Below are positions 55,155-64,000 of a DNA stretch of 64,000 bases, piece by piece; position 1 is the stretch's first letter, and the number at the start of each line of letters is the position of its first letter. A model generated the notes under the pieces. That model was not told where the DNA came from and searched no databases. It saw only the letters and a list, made by a program, of their open reading frames with translations. A program made the position numbers and the translations under genes. The DNA is from Eledone cirrhosa (taxonomy: Eukaryota). The DNA lies in the NCBI GenBank assembly GCA_964016885.1, contig OZ024754.1:32736001-32800000 (forward strand), read 5' to 3'.

Positions 55155-56605
55155 TCTCTCTCTCTCACACGCACACACATATATGTATACACACACGCAC
55201 ACATACACCCATACACACACACATACACCCATACACACACACACATACACCCCCATACACACACATACACCCTACATCCACAACCACAACCACAACCACA
55301 CACATATACTCGCCCCCTCCCCCACGCACACGCACGCACACCCACACCCACACCCCCACATACACACGCAACACACAACGCCCCACACACAGGCGCACAG
55401 ACATACACGCCTCCACACACGCACATAACCCCCCACACACACACACACACATACCCACCCCCTCCGCACAAATACAAACACACAGAGGCACAGAGGCTGC
55501 CATACATATTTGCAGGCGTTCTATCTTACCCCAGTGTGAGCCGTATGCTGACTGGCTACGTAATTGAACCTGCGAGGCAATATCAGCGGGGAAGTTGGCT
55601 AACACTGACGTGTAGACAATGATGGCGTCTTCTAGTGATTATCGTTATCAAAACACGCATAAGTAATGTAATTACCCGATTATGAAACCACCACCACCAC
55701 CACCACCACCACCACTACCACCCGCTCCAACACTACCTCCAACACCAGCACCACCAATACCTCTACCAGCACCACCAATACCTCTACCACCACCACCACC
55801 ACCACTACCTCCAACACCACCACCACCCACTCCAACAACACCTCCAACACCACCACCCACTCCAACAACACCTCCAACACCACCACCAGCTCCAACAACA
55901 CCTCCAACACCAGCACCACCAATACCTCTACCACCACCACCACCACTACCTCCAACACCACCACCACCCGCTCCAACAACACCTCCAACACCACCACCAT
56001 CACCAATACCTCTACCACCTCCACCACCACCACTACCTCCAACACCACCACCCGCTCCAACAACACCTCCAACACCACCACCAATACCTCTACCACCAAC
56101 ACCACCACCCCACCACCACCACCACCCGCTCCAACAACACCTCCAACACCAGCACCACCAATACCTCTACCACCACCACCACCACCACCACTACCTCCAA
56201 CACCACCACCCGCTCCAACAACACCTCCAACACCACCACCACCAATACCTCTACCACCACCACCACCACAACCAACAGCAACAACAACAACAACAACACC
56301 ATCACCTCACCACCACCACCGCCATCGCTGCCACCACCACCATCGCCTCCACCACCGACATCACCACCACCACCAACACTACCACCACCAACACTACCAC
56401 CACCAACACCACCAACACCACCAACACCACCACCACCCACATCACCACCACCACTACCACCCACATCACCACCACCACCACTACCTTCACCACCGACATC
56501 ACCACCACCACCAACACTACCACCACCAACACCACCACAACCCACATCACCACCACCACTACCACCCACATCACCACCACTTTACCACCACCACCGCCAC
56601 TACCA
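52510..56605. repeat. (TA/CA)n tracts, (CAC/CAT)n tracts and a CCA-rich minisatellite (55685-56600)
   Basis: Read directly. Confidence 0.9.
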
Positions 56606-56877
56606 TCGTTGGAACTACATTATTGAATGTGCCTTATCCTTTTTTACGACCGTAGGGTGTTTCTAGTAGATTACACGACCACGTAGAAGGACCCTTTATT
56701 GTGATTAATTTTGTAGGAGGGTGCTGATTACGTGTGGTAGCTTCGGCTGGGTGGTAACTTTAACGTGGCTATGGTGGTACTATAGTTGTCATTCAATTTA
56801 TTATTAAATTTATTCTGAAAATTACCAACTATGTAAATCGGAACAATAAAAGTGTAGAGCAAACTAAATATGTACCC

Positions 56878-57642
56878 TGGACCAACCGCTTCTACTTTGT
56901 ACCTGTCTCTGTCGAGACTTCTGGCCTCCTTGGTTACCGCACTGTTGATTTCCTCCGTAAAGTCTGAATGAAAACGATCTGCTTGAGGAACCAACCGCTT
57001 CCTCTTTGTACCGGTCTGTGTCGAGACCTCTGGCCCCCTCGGTCACCGCACTGTTGATTTCCTCCGTAAAGTCTGAATGACAGCGATCTGTTAGAGGAAC
57101 CAACCGCTTCTACTTTGTATCGGTCTCTGTCGAGACTTCTGGCCTCCTCGGTCACCGCACTGTTGATTTCCTCCGTAAAGTCTGAATGACAGCGATCTGT
57201 TAGAGGAACCAACCGCTTCTACTTTGTATCGGTCTCTGTCGAGACTTCTGGCCTCCTCGGTCACCGCACTGTTGATTTCCTCCGTAAAGTCTGAATGAAA
57301 ACGATCTGCTTGAGGAACCAACCCCTTCCTCTTTGTACCGGTCTCTGTTGAGACTTCTGGCCCCCTTGGTTACCGCACTGTTGATTTCCTCCGTAAAGTC
57401 TGAATGACAACGATCTGTTAGAGGAACCAACCCCTTCCTCTTTGTACCGGTCTCTGTCGAGACTTCTGGCCTCCTTGGTCACCGCACTGTTGATTTCCTC
57501 CGTAAAGTCTGAATGACAACGATCTGCTTGAGGAACCAACCGCTTCCTCTTTGTACCGGTCTCTGTTGAGACTTCTGGCCCCCTTGGTCACGGCACTGTT
57601 GATTTCCTCCGTAAAGTCTGAATGACAGCGATCTGCTTGAGG
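56878..57642. repeat. 109-bp tandem repeat, 7 copies
   Basis: GAGGAACCAACCGCTTC...CACTGTTGATTTCCTCCGTAAAGTCTGAATGA..CGATCTG; ORF-track entries recur every 109 bp. Confidence 0.95.
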
Positions 57643-58122
57643 AGGGGGCCCTGTAAGGTGGGGTGGCTGTTGCAGTGGGTGTCTCTGGCCAATCTTCGCA
57701 GTAACGCATTTGTCTTTTTGTCTTCGCGGCTCGACTGAGACACCGCTCAGTCTAGGGTGTAATGTCTGTTCCCCCCCCTCTCCCTTTTTTGTTGCTTGAT
57801 CCTTTTTTTATTTTCCTTCTTTATTCTGTTTAATGACATGTTATGTTTCTACTAGATATTGCTCAATAATGTGTTCACTTGCCAACTGTTCAGCCATATA
57901 GAGCGATAACTAGTTGTTAGTTATTTGAATATGGCAAAGCGGGCCATTGATCGCTTGTATATATGAAACTGGCTGGCCAGTCTGCTGTTATGCAAATCTG
58001 ACTGATCAGGTGATCCGCTAATATGCAGCTATGACTGATCAGCCAGTCTGCTAATATGCAAATCAGGCCGATCAGTCACTGTATATTTTAGAAAATATCA
58101 TATATTTTCACTAGCTCGGACA

Positions 58123-58204
58123 GTTGGCAAGTGAACAGTGAACTGTACTGATGAAGGGTGATACCCAGAAACATTAATGTCTGCAGTTCTGTTTACTTGC
58201 CAAC
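58123..58204 (+). ncRNA. Type I hammerhead ribozyme with long stem I; predicted GUC cut after 58181
   Basis: GUUGGCAAGUGAACAG-UG-AACUGUA CUGAUGA A GGGU-GAU-ACCC A GAAA CAUUAAUG UC UGCAGUU-CUGUUUACUUGCCAAC. Confidence 0.85.
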
Positions 58205-58309
58205 ACAAGAGCAAGAATGAGGGGCTCATTCTACTGACATGGCTTAAAAGAGGGTGTTTTCATAATTGCAAACGAATCGAATATTATTATTAATTAACTT
58301 TGTTAACTT

Positions 58310-58410
58310 TGGTTAACTTTGCCTTTCATCCTTACGGGGTTGATAAAATAAAGTACCAGTAATACACTGGGTAATAGCTGGCCTTATGCCAAAAGTAGAA
58401 ACAATTATTA
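58310..58410 (+). mobile_element. Family A SINE 3' fragment
   Basis: TTAACTTTGCCTTTCATCCTTACGGGG...GTAGAAACAATTATT. Confidence 0.8.
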
Positions 58411-58497
58411 ATATTCGAAAAACTCATATTACATTTATTGTATTCAGTCATGTAGAACGATAACTTCTTGTTATATATATATATATATATATATATA

Positions 58498-58667
58498 TAG
58501 GAAAAAGTATGACCCCGACGGCAGAGCTCAAGCCGTTTCGACAGCTATTTCTGGACTTGAGCTCTGCCGTCGGGGTCATACTTTTTCCTATTTCCCACTC
58601 TACTACCCTAAGTATTGAGTACTCTGGTGCGTTATGGTCCATCTGGTTCCTTACCACAACTCCTTTG

Positions 58668-58670
<3 letters not shown>
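58498..58670. mobile_element. Family P asymmetric fold-back in (TA)n
   Basis: Short left arm and full right arm, homologous to 41955-42070. Confidence 0.8.
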
Positions 58671-58750
<80 letters not shown>

Positions 58751-58932
58751 ACAATGAAAATAATAACAAAGTCAAGATAGTTTGCCAATCTATATCATTA
58801 TTTTACGATCGTTTCGGAGTATTGATCATATTGACATATTGACTGATCTATAGCAGTTATATAACTATCAGACATCATATATAGGTTCAATCAGACCGTC
58901 TCCTTCGGAAACAATTGTAATATACCATTAAG

Positions 58933-58997
<65 letters not shown>

Positions 58998-59004
<7 letters not shown>

Positions 59005-59500
59005 AAGTTACTCCATGTTTTGTGTGTTAGATTTTGAGTTTATGTTGGTTGTATACCAACACCCTAGTATGCAGGCTGGAGCACTCGACGAAGTGCGCAG
59101 GTTGGTTTGGTTACTCCGGAGTAGTGTAAAATAAAGTTACTCCATGTTTTGTGTGTTGGTAATTTTCTGCGTTCCAGCCTGCATACCGAGGTGTTGGTAT
59201 ACAACCAACATAAACTCAAAATCTATCTCGCTTCCATACGGGTTGAGCGCTTCAAACAGTAGCGGGATAAACGAGAATACACCAGTGATCTCATCAAGCG
59301 TACGGACTCCCTCGTCCGTAGGATGAGATGGAAGGCGTTCCACTTCGAAAGAGGAACGCAGAAAATTACCAACACACAAACCACGGAGTAACTTTATTTT
59401 ACACTACTCCGGAGTAACCAAACCAACCTGCGCACTTCGTCGAGTGCTCCAGCCTGCATACTGAGGTGTTGGTATACAACCAACATAAACTCAAAATCTC
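58998..59500. mobile_element. Rearranged fragment of a second Naiad-like PLE (ORF N-terminus) with nested inverted and direct repeats
   Basis: + strand ~59272-59350 reads REYTSDLIKRTDSLVRRMRWKAFHFE, homologous to KDFIKQLIEKSDSFIRRIRWRAFHFD. 59028-59174 is inverted at 59353-59499. Confidence 0.75.
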
Positions 59501-59574
59501 TCTCTCTATATATATATATATAATTACCATGAAGGTATATGTAGTATATATATATAATTACCAGCAGAGTATAT

Positions 59575-60028
59575 ATCCACGATGGTCCGAATGTCTTGTG
59601 ACCCATTGTCACATATTGTTTTAACTTGCATAATTTTTTGTCTTAATAATATAATATATAATATCATTAATTATAATATATAATATAATATTTCATCCTT
59701 ACGGGGTCGATAAAAGAAAGTACCAGTAATGCACTGGGTATTTGCTGGCCTTGTGCCTAACGTAGAAACAATTAATTATAATATATAATAATAATAATAA
59801 TATAATTTTCTATTTCAGAGCTCCTACAGTTTGGAAGAGAGGCTGCTTGCAAGTGTATGGTCACATGATCGTATGCATTCTGGAAAGAGCATGGAGGATG
59901 TGCGACATGACTTCACTGCAAGATTCGGCAAACCAGCTCCTCCGAAGAGGACGATACTGCGATGGGAACATAAACTGTTTCTCATTACTTTTTGGTAAGA
60001 GGTGACAAGATTTTCGGACCACCCATAG
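59575..60028 (+). mobile_element. Internally deleted Tc1/mariner-type DNA transposon with nested SINE fragment (59690-59775)
   Basis: Imperfect TIRs (TGGTCCGAAnnTCTTGTnACC) flanked by TA. 59834-59980 reads EERLLASVW..VRHDFTARFGKPAPPKRTILRWEHKLF, like a transposase N-terminal HTH. Confidence 0.7.
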
Positions 60029-60079
60029 TATATATATATATATTTAAATATATATATATTTTTTTTATTTTATAGAAGG

Positions 60080-60130
60080 AGCTTCTACAGGACTAGTACT
60101 GTTTCATTCAGATGAAATCTTCAGGAAGCT
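60080..60130 (-). ncRNA. Type I hammerhead ribozyme (GUA cut)
   Basis: AGCUUC CUGAAGA U UUC-AUCU-GAA U GAAA CAG-UACUAGUC-CUG UA GAAGCU; loop III contains the palindrome ACUAGU. Confidence 0.8.
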
Positions 60131-60135
60131 GGGTG

Positions 60136-60171
<36 letters not shown>

Positions 60172-60669
60172 CTACCACTAAAGTATATGTAATATATATA
60201 CATCACACTACCACCAGGGTATATGTAGTATGTATGTATAACTACCACAAGGGTATATATAATTGAGCAACGTGAAAGCAGTATCCAACGCACCATCCAG
60301 TCCGGGAATCGAACACACGACTTTGAAGTTATAAACTGAACACATTAACCCCCAAACCACACACATCTTCACCATATTTATGTAAATATTAGTGAATGAT
60401 ATTTTCTTTAATCCTATAAGTCCGAGATCTTTTAACTACTATAAAGATATAGTTATTGATCGTACCATAATTCTATATTTTAGTGATAACATTTTTTAGT
60501 ATCTTTCGGCTACAAAAGAGACCCATTAACTTCTCCATTACAAGGAATTCAACAAGTAATTAACTAATGCCATTAGATATGAGGAGAAATAAATTCAATG
60601 TTTTTTTGATGTAGCTTTTTTTTAATATTAAATTTTATAGTGAACCGTACGCAATCATATAACAGCAGC

Positions 60670-60991
60670 ACATGAAATACGCATATATATGTATGTATAT
60701 ACGCACGAAATATGAAGCATATATATACGTACGTTTTCACACACGAAATATAGTATATATTACATATATTTGTACGTATACACACACGAAATATATATGA
60801 ATATATATACGTACGTTTTCACACACGAAATACAGTATATATTACATATATTTGTACGTATATACATACGAAATATATATGCATATATATACGTACGTTT
60901 TCACACACGAATTACTGTATATATTACATATATTTGTACGTATATACGCACGAAATGTATATACATATATATGTACATATACAGCCACAAA

Positions 60992-61080
<89 letters not shown>

Positions 61081-61530
61081 CGTACGTTTTCAAACACGAA
61101 ATATAGTACATATTTTTAATATATATACGTATGCTCACACGAAATTTATATACATATATATACATAGGTTTTCACACACGAAATACAGTATGTATTACAT
61201 ATATTTACATACATACATATAAACGGACGAAATTTCGGAAGTTGCAAAAGAGGGTTTTAGACATTCGACGGAAGTAGCTCTAACTACTTCCCCGTCTAGA
61301 GAGCGCTACATACACCTATGTTTGCACAATCGAAATGCAGCACATATTACATATGTACATACGTATACACACCCAACATATTTACTTATATACGTACATA
61401 TACAATGACGAAATACCTCTAGGTTTATAATTACGTATACACACACGAAATACATATACTCGTATATATATACGTACGTTTGCACACACGAAATACAATA
61501 CATATTACATATATACGTAAATATACACAC
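60670..61530. repeat. Degenerate ~82-bp tandem repeat interrupted by (CA)n
   Basis: CGTACGTTTTCACACACGAA near 60728, 60810 and 60892; decayed copies follow. Confidence 0.75.
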
Positions 61531-61543
61531 AAGGAATATATCG

Positions 61544-61583
<40 letters not shown>

Positions 61584-61668
61584 TTACAAACACAAAATAC
61601 ACCTACATATACATAAAAGCACGCACAAGTACATGCATTCAATTAAATGCTATACAATTTACTGTATC

Positions 61669-61727
<59 letters not shown>

Positions 61728-62118
61728 CACACACAATTATATAAGCGTCTTCTGTCAAAAAACATCTTGACAAATTCCGCAGCTAAGATTAGCGATCACA
61801 ATAGAGCCTATGGAAAAGAAAGTGGGCAATTTAAGAATGAAAGAGCCATTAATTTCAACAAGAAAAACCCACAGATAACTAATAGATTGGAAATGCACGA
61901 AGCAAATTGGCTTTTATAACGACACAACGAAATGTGTATTTCAGGGACGTAAACCCGTTAAGGAAGAACACGTCAATCATTCATTTCTGTTTTGAACCGT
62001 TTCCGTTTCACATTTGAAAAGAGGGTAGTAGCCCTGAAATATGTTGAAATATACAGGGTAAAACATTACTTTGATTTGTTTTATTTGTCATCGTTTGCCC
62101 TTTATGTATTGAATATTC

Positions 62119-62186
<68 letters not shown>

Positions 62187-62208
62187 TGGTTACACAACAG
62201 TTAGTTCA

Positions 62209-62256
62209 CCATACCGAGAACAATTGTTTCACCTTAGCGGATCCTCAGCTCGTAAT
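62209..62256 (-). ncRNA. Minimal hammerhead, inverted copy
   Basis: Reverse complement of the 62329 motif with an identical core. Confidence 0.7.
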
Positions 62257-62328
62257 CGACATGGTTATACGGAACAGGAAGGACAACCGTACGAATGCGC
62301 ATGCGCAGAAACCGTCCTATAACCATGT

Positions 62329-62378
62329 CCATTACGAGCTGAGGATCCGCTAAGGTGAAACAATTGTTCTCAGTATGG
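62329..62378 (+). ncRNA. Minimal hammerhead (CUGAGGA core, GUU cut)
   Basis: CCAUUACGAG CUGAGGA U CC-GCUAA-GG U GAAA CAAUUG UU CUCAGUAUGG. Confidence 0.7.
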
Positions 62379-62467
62379 TGATCTAACTGTTGTGTAACCA
62401 CGTCTATCTAACTCGTCCCATGGACTGAGTGCTCTACCACTACGGATATTACCTTCCAGTGTTCTAC

Positions 62468-62515
<48 letters not shown>

Positions 62516-62819
62516 CTGTATATATAGTGTATTTTGCAATACACTGTATGCTTGAATTAAAAGCATTTTGAAGACCTTACGCTATTGTTTTAAAGTAGTG
62601 ACTATGTCACTTAATTCTTTTTTCAGCAAAGAAAGGGAGACAAGCTGACAGTACTGTTGGTACTCCTCAGAGCTTAGCACTCCCTTTGCTTGTTGAAAAT
62701 TATGAATGTTGGATTCTTATAGAATTCCAGTAATAATCAGGAACTGGTTATACAGGGCCGTTGCCGGTCCAGCAAAAACTGAAAATTAGAATTGGTGCTG
62801 AGCACCAATTCTAATTTCT

Positions 62820-62850
62820 AAAGAGAGAGAGAGAGAGAGAGAGAGAGAGT

Positions 62851-62883
<33 letters not shown>

Positions 62884-63044
62884 TGAGAGAGAGAGTGAGA
62901 GAGAGAGAGAGAGAGAGATAGAGAGAGAGGGAGAGTGTGTGTGTGTGAGAGAGAGTGAGAGAGAGAGTGAGAGATAGAGAGAGAGGAGTATGTAAGTGTG
63001 TCGGTTAAGCTCATACATACCAAGTATGTATTTGTGTGTGTGTA

Positions 63045-63118
<74 letters not shown>

Positions 63119-63129
63119 AAAAGATAGAC

Positions 63130-63178
<49 letters not shown>

Positions 63179-63537
63179 GACAGAAAGAGAGGAGTATGTA
63201 AGTCTGTCGGATAAGCTCATACATACTAAGTACTGAGAAGGCTCATGGCTTATATATAAGTGAGATATGGTCACGAGTTCAATTCCCTGCGGCGCCGTGA
63301 AGCCTTGAGCAAGGCACTTGACCAACAAAAATGACAACAAAAGCTACGGCAACAACAACTTCAACGACAACCAGTAACAATAACAATAACAACAGCAAAA
63401 GCAGCAACAACAGCTACAAGAACAACACAAAAAGAATGTCAACAACAAAATCAATGTAAAAAATAACAAAAACATAAAGATTTCTCAACGTATCGATGCA
63501 TTTTATGGAACTCAGCGCGATATAGTGACAAATACAC

Positions 63538-63602
<65 letters not shown>

Positions 63603-63741
63603 GATATACATATTCACACACACACACACAAACACATCCATATTCACACACACACACACACACACACACAAACCCATATTCACGCACGCACGCAGTAACT
63701 CACACGCGATCAAACACATACACACGCAAGGACACACACAC

Positions 63742-63832
<91 letters not shown>

Positions 63833-64000
63833 TACTGAGGTATCGGTAAATAACCAGCACATACTAAAAATGTATATATATATATATGATTATTGCTTCC
63901 TTATATTACGCACGCTAGGTGTATTTATAAATGCTCTGTGTATTATATATCAAGTGCATATATATATATATATATACATACATATATATATATATACATA
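62820..64000. repeat. (GA)n/(GT)n/(CA)n/(TA)n field with a short family B-like SINE remnant (~63265-63320)
   Basis: Read directly; GAGTTCAATTCC..CCTTGAGCAAGGCACTT. Confidence 0.8.

Larger units (their letters stand above)
62186..62401. mobile_element. Fold-back mini-element with two divergent hammerheads, next to (TA)n
   Basis: ~85-bp inverted arms around a ~45-bp spacer. Confidence 0.85.

Noticed and set aside
58880-58928. GAAACAATTGTA half-motif
   Set aside because: No recognisable CUGANGA or stem II upstream
62003-62052. TTGAAAA G AGGG..CCCT GAAA, a possible variant HHR
   Set aside because: Stems I and III cannot both be formed unambiguously

Overview
Repeat-dominated animal genomic DNA with no confidently identifiable host gene. 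The microsatellite density and tRNA-derived SINE sequences suggest an octopus or other cephalopod, which is my inference. Most long ORFs in the track are translations of simple repeats. The real coding content is transposon-derived: (i) an apparently intact ~5.7 kb L1/Tx1-type LINE inside an (ATCT)n microsatellite, whose ORF2 lacks a usable ATG; (ii) a decayed Naiad-type Penelope-like element (PLE; RT + GIY-YIG) with inverted and tandem pseudo-LTRs; (iii) fragments of two more PLE families, an old Tx1 relative, a Tc1/mariner remnant and a probable non-autonomous Helitron. The main unannotated signal is RNA-level. Reading by eye gives 11 minimal type I hammerhead ribozyme (HHR) motifs from 7 unrelated sequence families, plus a further family carrying only half-HHRs. 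Several sit in small fold-back elements inserted in (TA)n, and several show non-canonical cores (U3-A8 covariation; A.A or U.U at 10.1-11.1). Three large tandem arrays (39, 67 and 109 bp units) and about 20 SINE copies or fragments fill much of the rest. All structures were derived by hand and none were computed.
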